In this document: positions 17,625 through 33,811 of the stretch, piece by piece
Layout: the number at the start of each line of letters is the position of its first letter
Numbering within the stretch: the first letter of the stretch is position 1
From: Spizellomyces punctatus DAOM BR117
Lineage: Eukaryota
NCBI GenBank assembly: GCA_000182565.2
Contig: KQ257451.1
DNA length: 64,000 nt
Direction: 5' to 3' (one strand)
The notes under the pieces: model-generated
The model's input: only the letters and a program-made list of their open reading frames with translations
Database searches by the model: none
What the model was told of the DNA's origin: nothing
Program-made: the position numbers and the translations under genes

Positions 17625-19460
17625 ATGTCACTTGACAGACGACATATTCTGTCTCTTCCTTCGGAATTGGCTGCTAGAATAGTGAGCACCCTCACTCTCG
17701 ACCATTTCTTTCCATTTGCTTGCACTTGCAAAACGCTCTACGGCTTTGTGATGGAGGAAGCGCAGCTCGCTATCTTATATATGGAGAGATTCGGAAAAGA
17801 TAAAGTGTTGGAAGCAATGCTTGCTTTTGATGAGGAGGAGGATGAGCTAGTCGTACCGGAATCTTGGCGAGTGCCACGCATTGCTAAAGGTAAGGCGTCG
17901 ACATAGCAGTGCCAGGAACTCGTATCCCTGGTTTATAGGTATTTTTACAAGCGCTCATTGATCGTGTATACTGTAGTTCTCCTCATCAATCGACCATCAC
18001 TTTTGAAGCGGCTGCTTTTGACATCCAATCACAGCTTGGCGCTGGTGCGGTTCGCTCTTGACCGTCTTCTTACAACGTGCATGGACTACCCAAAGACTTC
18101 ACGCAAAGTACCATTCGCGCTCAGCATGATAATCGATTCACCACGTAGTCAAGAGTTGGCAGAAACGGACAACTTGTTGGACATTGACGAAGGAGAATGT
18201 TTGGAGGAGGAACCAGAGCTTTTCATTTTCTGTTTTGATACTTATCTGAGTTCTGGACCGAGCGCCAGAATTCTGGAGAAAGACCCAAGTGATCGCATTT
18301 TGATGGGTTTTATGGAGATGGAGTGGAATGTTGCGAATGGCTGGGACAAGTATGCGCGGTTACTAGAGCTGCTTAAACAACGCGAAGATCGAATATCCCC
18401 CAAGTGGCTACGGTCATGTCTCTCACAGCATGCGTCGAAATTCAAGTTTGCTGGCAGATCCGAGGGAATATCCGTAATTCAAGAAGCGTTCACAGATTGC
18501 CGAGGGGAAGAGTTCGCGCTGGACGCACTCGTGTATGCTTCGCGCTTCCTTCGCGAAAACCGAAATTTATCATATCTCCGACAATGCATTGAAGAGGGAA
18601 AGCTTACCCTCGACTACCTATTGCAACCAAATCCTCCCTTTGCTATTCCATACGGTCAGCAGGCCAGTGTATTCCTTTGGGATTTGTTGACAGTGAACGA
18701 TATGACGATGAATCTAGGAGAAACAAGTGCTGAACAGGAAGAGAATATTAAGTTCTGGCTGATATCAGTGTACCCAGTGCTTCTTCCTCTCCTGTCTGAG
18801 CCGCTTCCCCAAAGTGCTTTCGGTCAATATGGGCGTACAACGTTGCGCCGCACACAGAACGCCAGCAAATTCAATTTGGATAATCTACTCCGCGAACTCG
18901 TCCACCCCTTGCGACCAGCCAACCGTTCCGAACGTGTTGCCAATATTCTGAAGGAAATCATACGTGACAACCGTGATATCACCGGTGCTAAAGGCAAAAA
19001 CATATACAGAATCACACCCACTTTTATGACATGGCTAGTTAAGAACGCGGGCAGCCCTAGCTCCCACGATCTGTTGAAGACCTGGTTTGAGGTGTACCAA
19101 GATCCAAGTGGCAACAATGGTACCGTCACTCAGGGAATTCACAAGTCTCTCGCGGCTCGAGCTGGTCTATATGAATTTGTACAGAGCTGCATCCTTTCTC
19201 CTTCGCCAGCCATGGGAACGCGCTCTGCTCGCAAGGGCAAAGGCAAAGAAGTTGTGCACATGGAAGCCTCAGACGACGAAGATGATATCAACGATGAGAG
19301 CCTACCCGAATACCCAATACCAAGCGAAGGTCCTAGCGGGACCGGCCGACGTCGAAGTAAACGATTGCTGGCGCAAGTGGAACACGAGGAAGGCGACCCG
19401 TATGAAGGGGGATCATCATCGACCAGGAGAACGCGGAAGAGGTTTAGCTCTGGCGCGTAA
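17625..19460 (+). CDS. Hypothetical protein with an N-terminal F-box-like motif
   Basis: HILSLPSELAARIVSTL..FACTCKTLY matches the F-box consensus. One intron (~17890-17976), a long helical body, and a basic/acidic NLS-like tail. Confidence 0.7.
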
Positions 19461-20012
19461 CACGGTGAACAGGTACAAATATATTGATGTTTGTAGGGTT
19501 GCACGTAGTGGTGGTTACATATTTTGTACATAACATAAGGACATGCAAATGATTGCTTTTTTCTGGGACAATCGTATATGGCTGTTTTGGAGTAAGTAGA
19601 GATAATCCAAGCGCAGACATTTCCAGAAAGGTTGTACTGTACTGCGCGGATACGCGTGTCCGCCTGAGGATCGCAAAGGATCTCATCCGTTTCCAATACC
19701 GGATGAGGGTGGTGGTCGATCCAAACCGCGGTATTTTTGTACGCGGCGGAGGGTCTTTTTCAGGGGACTCTCGGAGCAATCCCGAATTGGCGGGAAAAAG
19801 AAGCTTAAAGTTCAAAGCGCAGCGACACATGTGAATTCGAACACTACGCCCGTGGCTTAAAAACTCCGACGCGCGTTTTCAGTCTGGGATTATAATCGAC
19901 TGGAGCCTTTTGGACGGGATCTCAGCGACACCTCATAACATGAGCCTGGAGAGTCAACACTGCCAGCGGGAGACTTCCTGCAAATACTCACCTCTTCATC
20001 AAAGTTGCAACA

Positions 20013-21850
20013 ATGCTCCATCCGGCGGCGCACCGCTCAAATACCATTGGGCGCCTTCTTCTCACCATTCTCTCACTATCAAGCGTCGCTTTGGTCGTCA
20101 TCATCTGGCAAATAGCTGACGTGCGGGATTTAGGAAGAAGTGCGACAGAACGACTGCGAAGTACCGGTTTCCGGTGGATTTGGAGCAATGCTGTTGAGCA
20201 GATAGGGGATGCGAGAATCCCGCTCTGTTTGGTGGCTACGTGGGGTGGAGGTGATTTACCAGAGTATAGTCAGCTATTTTTGGATTCGGTGGTAAGTCTG
20301 GTAGAATTCTCAGAATACTACCACTTGCTGATATCGTTCATCTCCTAGGTACGAAATCAACCCTATGCGCATTTATCACTATTCTACCATAATGCGTCTG
20401 CCGCTCCCATGCGGCCGCTCCTCCACTCCCACCAAAACATTGAATTCATTGATATTTCTACCATCAATAAGAAATACGGGGAGCAAGGATGGCCGGGTTT
20501 TGCTGCCGATGCATTATGTCGCATTTATGAGGCAGAACCTGTCCCACCTGGGGACGATGCGTTTTTCAATAGCAGCAGTTGGACGCGGGAGTCGGCGCGC
20601 CCTTTGAATTGTCAGCAGCTACTGCAGGGTTTTGAACCGCATGGTCCTGGAGTCATGATGCAGGTACGTGCATTGTAATTGGCCATATATATGTCAATTA
20701 TTAGGCGTCTAAATTGGTCCTTGGCTTGAAAATCCAGCTAAGAGGAGCATACGGGCAGATGTTTCAAGAATGGATTGCACCAACCCGGTGCAAAGCATGG
20801 GCTTACACAGACCTGGACACAGTGCTGGGTGATCTCTCGCATTTTCTCGCCTCCCAAACCACCTCTCTACCATGGCAGACCGATGTGTTCACGTTTTCTG
20901 CAGGAGATTTATGGAGGCATTACGTCCATGGACAATTTACTGCGCATGTTCAAAACCTGGACGCACCTTCTCGAGCGTTTGCTGTCAATCGACTATGGCG
21001 TCGATGCCCTCTCTTCCGCACGATGGAAGACATGGATCGCGAGTTTCGACGACAAGGATATCGGGCCCTGGATGAAGGATGCTATGCTCATGCTGTGTTG
21101 ACTATGCCAGGGATACGGTCGTTGGTTCTGCCCTGGCAGTTTGCCAGCTGGGGCCATATGTATATGGGTTCGTCAAATTCGATGTTGGTGCTCGGGAAAG
21201 CAACGATTGTGTGCACATTCCAGAATCAGGAGGAGTGTTGGAAGGGACCTCAAGGGTTTTATTCCTTGGTCAGAGCACTGTGGGAGCGGGGCGTGGAAGA
21301 TGGACACAGGTTCGATGATACCCTGGCAAAGGACCAAGACAGCGCGGGTTTCCCCGAAACAGCCGACTTTACAATGTCATCGATGCGATCACACCAGAAA
21401 CTTGCAATCAATGCAACTATAGGACAATGCGGATTGTGGACCCCACCAGAAGAAACCCTTTGCTTGGGTCACTCGTGGGAGTCTCTCAATATCAGCAATG
21501 ATAAACCATCAAACTCAATTCTTGCCGTTCATAGCACGGGACCGAACGACGTTGAGCTAAGGTTATACGATCCGCCAAGCGTAAGCCCGAGCGTTCAGGC
21601 CGCTATGGGTGGGATGGGGAAGAATGGGGGCAATATCAAGGCGCTATTAAGGCCCGACTCGACGGGGGGACTCATTGAGGTTGCACAGCTTCATTTTCAG
21701 AGCTGGAAGGAAGATTTGGCACGGCAGTGCCGGTCATGGCAAGATGTGTTTGGGAGTGACCTGGCTGTTCCAGAAGGTGCAAACACGATGCTGGGAATAG
21801 TCATGTACGGAGACAAAGTCCTTGACGGAACTCAATGGTGTCAACCATAA
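20013..21850 (+). CDS. Type II membrane protein with a DxD motif; DUF6625-like putative glycosyltransferase
   Basis: N-terminal signal anchor (LLLTILSLSSVALVVIIW), followed by LPEYSQLFLDSV, LRGAYGQMFQEW, WAYTDLDTVLGDL, HGQFT and LDEG. Two GT-AG introns. Confidence 0.6.
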
Positions 21851-22033
21851 GGCAATGTTGAAAAAGAAACAAAGAATAACCTTGTATATAAAATGTCTTT
21901 TAAGTGACACTTTTGATTATCCAATCTCGCACGGTCTGTGACTCATCGTGTACACAGCACCAACACAAACCAGGAGATCGGCGTCCTTCAAGACGACCTT
22001 CCAGCATCTCATACTTCCAGCATACTATCCGAC

Positions 22034-24980
<2,947 letters not shown>

Positions 24981-25082
24981 TGGTAATCCATGATGCATAG
25001 CCTATATTTACTCCTTTTGTACAATGCCCCCCTTTCTCCCCAAAAATAAAAAATTACAATTTACTACAGTATAGAAATTCTG

Positions 25083-25583
25083 TTATCCATTCCGACACGC
25101 TTCGACCCCTTTAACGACCGTCTCCACGCCTTGTATGTTGGTTTCCAGGGATCGGACCCATGGTTCTAGGTCTTTTATACAGGTTTGAGCGGTTTCGAAA
25201 GCGGAGTGGAGTGTTTTCTTGTTTTTTGGGTGGGATTCGAGGGAGTTTAAGAGGGCTCCCATGAGGGATTTGAGTTCTCTGGTGTGAGATGCATGTGAGG
25301 GTTGGAATGGACATTTTTTCTATTTCGTGTCAGTATTGTAAAAGAGAGCTTACCCATGCACCCGATAATCCACCTCGACACCCTCTCCACCTAATTCCTT
25401 TTCAGCAACCTGCCGCAACAGAGTCCAATTCCCAAGAACGGATTCCACATGCTGCTGCATGTCTTGCAAGGACGTCAGGTCGGGGTTGGGATGGGGTGGG
25501 GGTGGAGGGGGTTGAGCGAGACGGGCTTTTTGGAGGGTTGTGAGGTGGGATAGGGTTTTGATTATAGGGGGTGGGCTGGACAT
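25083..25583 (-). CDS. 141-aa helical protein, possibly a divergent BLOC1S1/GCN5L1 homologue
   Basis: Two exons (25583-25354 and 25278-25083) joined in frame by a 75-nt GT-AG intron. The C-terminal AFETAQTCIKDLEPWVRSLETNIQGV resembles the BLOC1S1 core. Confidence 0.5.
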
Positions 25584-25956
25584 TTGGGTGGGTGGGTTGC
25601 AGTAAATTCTAGATGGGAGTGATGGTTGGCATACGGGCAAGGTGATTGGCAAGTGTGAACACGTAATTGTCCGAAAGAGTGGACATGGAACCAATAGGTG
25701 AGGCAAACAATGACACAATCGTGGGATATGTATGAAAAAATGGGAGAAAACACAAGACAAAAAACAAAAATAACAAAAAGAAAAAAAAATGCCTACACAA
25801 GAAAATAAACAACATGAAAAAAAGGTAGTAAGATATACCTTCTTTGTCATCCCAAACCACCAACTCTTCTACATCTTCCCTTCTTCAGAACCAAATACCC
25901 ACACCACACAGGCTATCTGCCCGCTCATTCACACCATGGTCCACACACCCCAAACC

Positions 25957-28900
25957 TCAATTAGCCCCCACAACAACAGCCACGTTCGGCAACGACATCC
26001 AAGCTGGTACAAACCGCTCAATCGTCTCGACAACCCGCGGGGAAGGCTTGGCAAAATCGGGTGATTGTTCCAGATCCAGTAGCAAGACGTCGGATTTTTC
26101 ATTGAGGACCGCCCGGGAGGCAACGATTTTGAGGAGTTCGGGTGATAACTGATACAAAAACAAAATCCAAATAAGCAACCCATTGATAAACGAGAGCCCA
26201 TAAAAAAGACTTACCGGTGAATCAAAATCCGCTGCATAATATAGGGACAAAAGTTTCTTGATTTGCGTAGGATTCAGTAAGAAACAGACATCAAAAATGG
26301 TTTCAATGTCTTGCGGTGAGGTCTTGTTGAGGGTCAAGAGTTTGGCGGCTTGCAAGAGTTGTTGGAGATGTAATGTCGCTACAAAGAACGCGCAAGCAAA
26401 GAAAAACAAACGTAAGCTACACAGTACCCCCCAAAAAAGATACCCGTACTGCATCTGGGGGGAACACCTACCTTCTGCAATCCCATGACTTGTACACCAC
26501 TCCTCTAACCGGCTAACATTATATTGAATCTGCACTCCCCGCTTCCACGTGCAAAAGTTCTTCCTCATCAACAAATGATTAAAGGCAGAAACACCAATAA
26601 CCCTCAACAACTCTGTCAAGATTTGTCTCGTCATAGAGTCCTCCATGTAATAGCACCGCATCGTTTTAGACAACTTGCTCAAAAAGTTGAGTAATTGCTC
26701 AATGGTGAATTGGGAAGAGGAAGACGATTTGCCCCATTTTCCCCAGAGTCCACCAGATTGTTTGCAAATGTATCCAGGGAGCGACTGGTTCTCAATCACG
26801 GCGGGGACAATCATGTTTGCAAGGCGCTTTTTCAGTTCCTTGATCCAACCGTGATAGATTTCAATAAGCAGGTAGTCGAGGTCATTGCGAACTTTTTCGA
26901 GAGAACGTTCAGCCTCGCCCGCGTCAGGCCCACCCGTTCGACGTGCAGCACGTTCCTTCTCCTGAGTGGTGCGAACAACACAGAGAAGCTCGTAGCAATT
27001 GGACAACCAAAACGCTGACACGTAATCGTCTTCAAACTTCATTGTCAGACTCTGAATGGCTTTCATGACGTTGGTCATCAGGCCTAGCATGCGTCCAGCC
27101 AGATCGTGCCGGAGCAATTGCACCATGGTAGACCCGATGAGATGCGCAGGGAAAAAGATTTCTTTGCGGGTTGCGACGGTTTGAGTACTTGGAAGTGGTA
27201 TGCGGAGATTGGTGACGAGGGCGTCAATGATTTCCTCTTCGAGAGCCTTGTCCTCCAACACACGGACAGAACGCTCAGTCTGCAGCACCAGACCAGCTCC
27301 GGCAGAGGGAGGTCCAGCAATGCCGTTGGCACCCAGAGAGGTATCAATCATGATACTGGTACGGTTCTTGCGAGCAGCGACAGGTGCCGCCCGTTCAGCC
27401 CCGGGCGACGTCGGTGGAGGCGCCCCTTCCACAAAGCTATGCCGTCTGGGTCTTGCTTTGGCAGCAGCAGCGGCCATGTCCATTTCAATCTGAGCGGTAA
27501 CGGATGTTCGGCTTGTCTCCGTTGAGAGTGCAAAGGGTGGAGAAATAGCACCATTGACTCTGGGTGTTGGATGATCAGAGGTAGGGGATGTCACAGACGC
27601 CAACATGGCATCCGCAACGCGATCAGCACGATACTTGCCAGCCAACAACCTTGCCATCTGATCCCTCAATGTCGCAACCTCCTTCTTCAAAGCACTAACA
27701 ACCTCAGGGTCCTCATGCTTGGCTGCGTTCCGAGCCCCTTCTTTCAACTTGTTTACTTCTTCCTTGTGCGCAGAAAGTGACTCCTCCAACTTTGCAATCT
27801 GATCATCTCGCTTCTTCAACATGCCAGTCAATTTTTCATTCTCTTTTGACACGCCCTGATTTTCTTGTTTAAGCGCCTGCAGCTCCTGTTTCAACTCGGC
27901 GGATCCTTCGTTCAGTTGAGCAGCCGCCGATTTGCCCGTTGTCTCAGCCTTCTCGTATTTCTCCCTCCAACTCTTGACTTGCTCCTCCAATGACGCAATC
28001 TTTTCCAATATCCGAGCATTTTCCTCATTCTTGGCTGCCAAAGCCTGCGATAGCTCTACAACCTTGCCTTCCAACTTGTAATTGGTCTCCTTGAGCTTGC
28101 CAACCGACCGCGCCTCGGCTTTGAGCACCTTGAGCTCTTTGATCGCCTGGCGTCGGCGCACACACGCCTGTACAAGGACCAGTCGCTTCTTGGTTTGCTT
28201 GTACCACTTGCGGGTACGGTACCCGCGGTAAGTCTTTTGTATCTTGATGGCGGCATTCAATCTACGCAGCGCCTGCGCCTGAGCCTTTGCAACCGCCATA
28301 CGGTATGTACTCTGTATCTTGACAACAGCATCCCGGAGACGCTGGTAGCGTTTGCGAGACAGCCAGGTGCGGACATTGCGTTGGATGATGATCGCGGCAT
28401 GGGTTTCGCGAAGGCCTTTGTAGAGTTTTCGTGCGAGCCACCCGCGAACGGCGGTTTGAATGGTGATGGCGGCCGCACGCATGCGGAGGTAACGTCGCCG
28501 ATAGACCGCTCTTCGGACATTCTTTTGGATGAGAATGACACAGGCACGTTGTCGTTCTGATCTGAGCTTTTCCAGATAGGCAAGCTGACCAGCACGGAAA
28601 AAGACTTTGGTGAGACCCATCTGGTACTTGTCTTCCTCAGAAATGACCTTGTTGACAATGGATACAGTCAAGTTCTTGGGGTCAGGAACCCACGATTTGG
28701 ATGGAACGAGGAGATAGTACCGATCCGCAAAGTCTGCAAAGGTAGCTCGACTTGGATATCCAGCACAACTGATTCGAATTGTCTCCAAAACACCACAAGC
28801 CCTCAACTGCTGCAAAACCATTTGCGGTTCAAACTGGAAGGCTGCTTTAGCCATATTGGGCTTGATACAACGGATATAGTGAACTTCGGTTTGACGAATC

Positions 28901-31377
28901 GTGTCCATAAGTTTGACCAAAGACGCTTTGAAGATGGTTCCAAGGGTAGGCTTCTTGAGAGATGATCCTCCAGCACGACCCGGCCGTGGCTAATCATTTC
29001 ATAATTTACAAAAAAAACTATTAGCGAGACTTGATTGTATGATATTGAGCAGGATCACTACCACTCACCGGCGACGTAACTTCAAGTTTGGGTTCCTCCT
29101 CAATCTTGATCACTTCCTTCAAAAATTCAAATTCACTAGCATTCAACACAGCCATCTGCTCATCCGAGACTGTATCCTTATTCTTCTCAATGAAACCATC
29201 GATATCGTACGTTACATCCGTAGCGTAGTGCTTGATGGTGAACGCACTCTGACCAAACCGTGGCTTTTCGAAAAACTTTTGCTGAGCAGTGCCAAAGCGT
29301 TGGTAGAGTTTGGTGATGAGGGATGCATCGGCTCCGGATGGAAGACGCGATTCTTCATCCAACAGGTCCAAGATACCCAGTTTGCCTTCAATGAGGTCAA
29401 TACAAGGTTGATTGTCGTTAAAGTCGATAAATGACCAGTTGATCTTTTCCGCAATGTACTCTTCTTGCTCCAACTTGAAGACGTGGGCATTGAACTCTTG
29501 CTGCAATTTCTCGTTGGCATAGTTCTACGGAATCGGCAAGATTAGAATCAAGACATTGTCCAATAAAGCCATCAATACCCAAAAAGCACTCACAATACAA
29601 AACTGTTCAAACGAATTCTTCTTGAAATGCTCAAACCCATAAATATCGAGCACACCAATGAACCTCTGCGTTGCCAAGACTTCCTCTCTCGACAAATTGG
29701 TGTTGATGACTTTAACCAACCAATCAAACAGCATGCTGTATATGAATTTAGCAACAGAGTCACGACCGATGGTGGCTTGGTATTGGTTGAGGTTAGTGAC
29801 AATCTTTTCCGAGCGGGTGGTGATTTGCTTTTTGGTAATCCATTTTTTGAATTCCTTTTCATCTACACCGAGGAGTTGGGTAGCCATGGCAAAGGCTGCG
29901 TCATTGTCTGGTATTTGAGCCTCGTCGCGCTTGGCTTCAATCTTGATGTTACCAATGTGGAGAAGGGCCGCACAAATTTTGAAAATGGACCTAACAATCA
30001 AAATTCCCACGGTCAGTTACCCATACAAGACGGAAAATAAGAAACCTTTGTCGGCAGAACCTTACCATTGTGTCTGCAAGGAGATCCCCACATCGGACAG
30101 CGCCTTTGATGTCTCGACAAAATCGGCGGCATCGTCTACACCGGGAATCGTACCAGTTCCTCCCTGGTTGAGGTAAAAGAAGCTGTCCCACGATCCCAGA
30201 CCAAGGTCTTTTCGCTCGGCAGCGGGTGCACCAGCACAGAGTTGGTAAAAGATGTGGTAATTTCGCTCTACACAACAAAAGATCAGATGAACATGCGTTC
30301 GTCACCAATCGTATGCCGATAGTATTCTCGTACCTGTAGCGGGCTGGAAGATCAAACGTGATCGCTCCAACAGGTATGTCCGGATTTTGGCACCAGTGAT
30401 ACGAACGGAGGGGTTCTGTGGGGTAGGAGTCGAGAATAGAATTTCCATGTACTTTCCGAAACGTGAACTGTTGTCGTTTCGGGTTGTCTTGGAATTACCA
30501 AAAGCCTAAACCGCAGTAATGATCAGATCCAAGACAAGTACAAAGTACAAAAAGTCAAAAAACGGCGTTTACCTCCATGATCGGGTTGGTTGCCAAAACA
30601 GCCTGTTCAACCTCACTAACACCCGCCGTAGTCGCATTCCCGCTCTCGACAGTCGCAAAATACCGCATGATATATCTCGCACTCTGCGTCTTTCCAGCAC
30701 CACTCTCTCCACTAACAATAATGGATTGATTCTTTTTATCCTCAATCATACTCCGATAGGCTTCCTCGGCGACCGCAAACAAGTGCGGTTCGAGCTCGTC
30801 CCGTCGTTTACCAGAGTACTCTCGCATAATGTCTGATCCGTAGATAGGGACCTTTGCGAACGGGTTCATGGCAATGAGGACGATACCAGAGTATGTGTAA
30901 ATGTTTTCTTGAGCGTATCGGAGTCGGATGTTGTGTAGTACAGCAGGCCTGCATACAAAAATCCAGTATAAGAGTAAGTCGCATATGGAAATTAGAAAAA
31001 AAAAAAGGGAATACGTTACTCGTGAAGGTAGGAAAGCATGGCCAAATCATCAATCCCATCCAATGCCGGCGGATTTTGGAGTGGAGGCAGATCAGCAAAC
31101 TTGTTTGCAGCCAGTTTCGGTAACGTTGATTCATACGTGACATCCTAATATACACATACCCAAAAAACAAACATTCAACAAAAAAGTCCTTGTTGACAAG
31201 GGAAAACCCCACAACAACATTTTATACCTTTCCATTGGCATCAATATGAAAGCTCATTTTGACATTATCCCCTTCAACGCTTTTGGACACCAGCTTCCCC
31301 ATAATCCACCCTTCCTGCTCATCAGGAAACCATGCCTCCGTTCCCCGCGTATACACCTCCAACGCCTTCTCCGCCAT
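25957..31377 (-). CDS. MYO2: Class V myosin heavy chain (multi-exon)
   Basis: P-loop [25 protein letters not shown] and [13 protein letters not shown], then about six IQ repeats, a coiled coil and a DIL cargo domain ([19 protein letters not shown]). Confidence 0.96.
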
Positions 31378-31944
31378 TTGTTTATTCCTATACCAAAAAG
31401 TTTAGCATGAGAATAAACCTATATAAGCTGGTACGCCTACTTACTATATTATCTAGTGACAAAACCCAGTCTAACAGTTGATTCCCCTTTTCTCAAACCA
31501 ATGTACGTGCAGGTGAAAATAATTATAAAAAAAAGAAAAAGATAACCCGTCGAGAATCAAAAAACCCGCCGCCTGTAGGGAAAGCTCGCGAGTCCAAAAG
31601 CACCCACCAAGCTGCGGCCTTGAGCTCATGTGACTTTCGAGCTTTCATTGCCTTTGGAGGCGACTGCAACCCTCTCTCGATTAGGCAAACAGCCCTGCGG
31701 TTTCAATGAGTCATTCTTTCCTTTTTCGTCTTTTGCGGTAAATCACATGAAATCACATGCGTTACTGCGCATTGCTGCGCATTGGAGTGCATTCCAGTCC
31801 AGTCTTTAAAGGTTGGGTAGTGTTGTGTATTGTTTATTTATTTACATACAGTGTATAAATTACATATATAAAAGATGTAGCATGAATTGCAGTGTGCCGT
31901 CCTTTAGCGTGTACTTTGCAGCAGGTCAAATCAAGACCCATACG

Positions 31945-31970
31945 CACACACACACACACACACACACACA
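31945..31970. repeat. (CA)13 microsatellite
   Basis: Perfect CA run, seen directly in the sequence. Confidence 0.95.
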
Positions 31971-32008
31971 CGCAAAAAAAACCAGTCTAATAAACAAAAC
32001 GGGAACGA

Positions 32009-33811
32009 TCAGGGTATCACTTTAGGCTCTTGAACCCTCCACTCACGATCCCCCACCTCCACCACCCACGCATCCCCAACAAAACTCACAAAAACACCAA
32101 AAGGTCTCACCCCCTTGGCAAGTTCCTCTCTCCACACTCCACGCTCAATCATTTCCCTCACAATGACACCCACCATCTCTGGATCCTTTTTGGCGTCCTG
32201 GAGAAGGATGCGCCACATGTGGGGTGTGGGTGTGAGGTGGTAGGTTTCTTGCATTTCTTTTAAGATGCGTTGTAGGGAGAGTGTGTCGCGGCGGATGGAA
32301 AAGGCGCGGGCGAGGGAGGTAAAGAGGAGGTGGTCAGGGCGGATACGAGTGGATTTGAACATGTCGTAGAGGTGCAAAAGTGCGGGATGGGCATGGGAAC
32401 GGTGTTGAATGTACATTTGAATCAACATGGTCAGCGTTTCAACGGTGGGAGGTATCCCTTGTTCCAGCATGGAAATGTAAACTCGGATCCCGCTTTCCAC
32501 TAATCCAAATCGGGCATGGCCCGACAAGAGTGTATTGTAGGCTACGGCATCAGGCTCGATGCCACGTTGGACCATTTCCTCAAATAGGGTATGGGCAATG
32601 GGAACCGTCTCAAAGGTTTGGCAATAACCACCCATGAGAACAGTATACGCGATACGATCCGGTTGAGGAAGACAAGACGACGCTGTGAGCGTTCGAAAGA
32701 GCGCGACGGCACGCTCCAACCCATCCGGCCCCATTTTGACCAGCGCATTCAGCACGACTGTATACGCAGCAATATCCGCACCCTCCCACCGCCGCAATAC
32801 CTCTAACGCAGCCTCAACGGACTCGTATCGAACCATTCCTGTTACATATACATTCATGGTCACGGTGTTGGGTCTCACATTCTTGTTCACCATCTCTTGT
32901 ATGACCATTCGTGCCGCATTCATGTCCTTGATCACATGCACGTACATCCACACAAGGACTGTGTAGACATGCACATCCGGTACGGACCCCTCAACATGCA
33001 TGTCTTTCAAGATCTGCTCAACACGTCCCGTATCTCCCCGCTTGGCATACGTATCCATCAACAAGGACGATAACACAATGCTCTTGATTCCTCGCTCTCG
33101 CATCACCGTCAAAACCTCGTCAGCTTCCTCTAGTCGTCCCATCTTGATCAACCCACTCAAAACTTTGCCAAAAACATGCACATGGGTCTCACCCCTCAAC
33201 ACCTCTTTAGCTCCTTCAAAATCTCCATCCGCCATCAAAGCCTCCACAACAACACTCTTCATAACCGCATCAGGAACAACCCCCCACTCCACCACTTTTT
33301 GAAACACACTCAACGCAGCCCGTGGATCCCCCGCACGTACACACCCCTTGATCACCCCCGTCAAGATCTTGATATCCATATCCGGATGCAACATATTCAC
33401 AACCCATTCCAGTCCCTCCATGTCCCCAGCCGAGGCGTACATGTCCACCAATACATTGACGACAACACCATCTGGTTTGATCTTGTTTGCAAGCATGCGG
33501 TGGTACCACCCCCATGCTCCACGTAAGTCACCGACCCGTCCATGCAGCGCCATGAGCGTAGTATACATTTTGAGATCCATTGACAGCCCTTTGGATCGCA
33601 TCGTTTCCACCACCCTCTGGGCATCCGACACGAGATTGTGTTTGGCAGCGACATTTAATTGGGATGCATACAAGGCGATATGCTCCCGTGAGGAATCTGC
33701 TCTGAGGGTGCGTGGATCGCGACACCATTTCGTTCGTGGGGGGACGGTTGAGGGGATGCGTACATGTTTGACCACCCTTGGAATGTGGGCACATGGTATG
33801 GGCGTCAGCAT
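32009..33811 (-). CDS. Pentatricopeptide repeat (PPR) protein, probably mitochondrial
   Basis: Intronless 600-aa ORF with repeated ~35-aa units (e.g. PDAVAYNTLLSGHARFG, PDRIAYTVLMGGY, PDVHVYTVLV) and a basic N-terminus. Confidence 0.9.
   Translation of the reverse strand: MLTPIPCAHIPRVVKHVRIPSTVPPRTKWCRDPRTLRADSSREHIALYASQLNVAAKHNLVSDAQRVVETMRSKGLSMDLKMYTTLMALHGRVGDLRGAWGWYHRMLANKIKPDGVVVNVLVDMYASAGDMEGLEWVVNMLHPDMDIKILTGVIKGCVRAGDPRAALSVFQKVVEWGVVPDAVMKSVVVEALMADGDFEGAKEVLRGETHVHVFGKVLSGLIKMGRLEEADEVLTVMRERGIKSIVLSSLLMDTYAKRGDTGRVEQILKDMHVEGSVPDVHVYTVLVWMYVHVIKDMNAARMVIQEMVNKNVRPNTVTMNVYVTGMVRYESVEAALEVLRRWEGADIAAYTVVLNALVKMGPDGLERAVALFRTLTASSCLPQPDRIAYTVLMGGYCQTFETVPIAHTLFEEMVQRGIEPDAVAYNTLLSGHARFGLVESGIRVYISMLEQGIPPTVETLTMLIQMYIQHRSHAHPALLHLYDMFKSTRIRPDHLLFTSLARAFSIRRDTLSLQRILKEMQETYHLTPTPHMWRILLQDAKKDPEMVGVIVREMIERGVWREELAKGVRPFGVFVSFVGDAWVVEVGDREWRVQEPKVIP

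Noticed and set aside
19664-19730. CTGAGGA as a hammerhead ribozyme core
   Set aside because: No correctly placed GAAA follows stem II.
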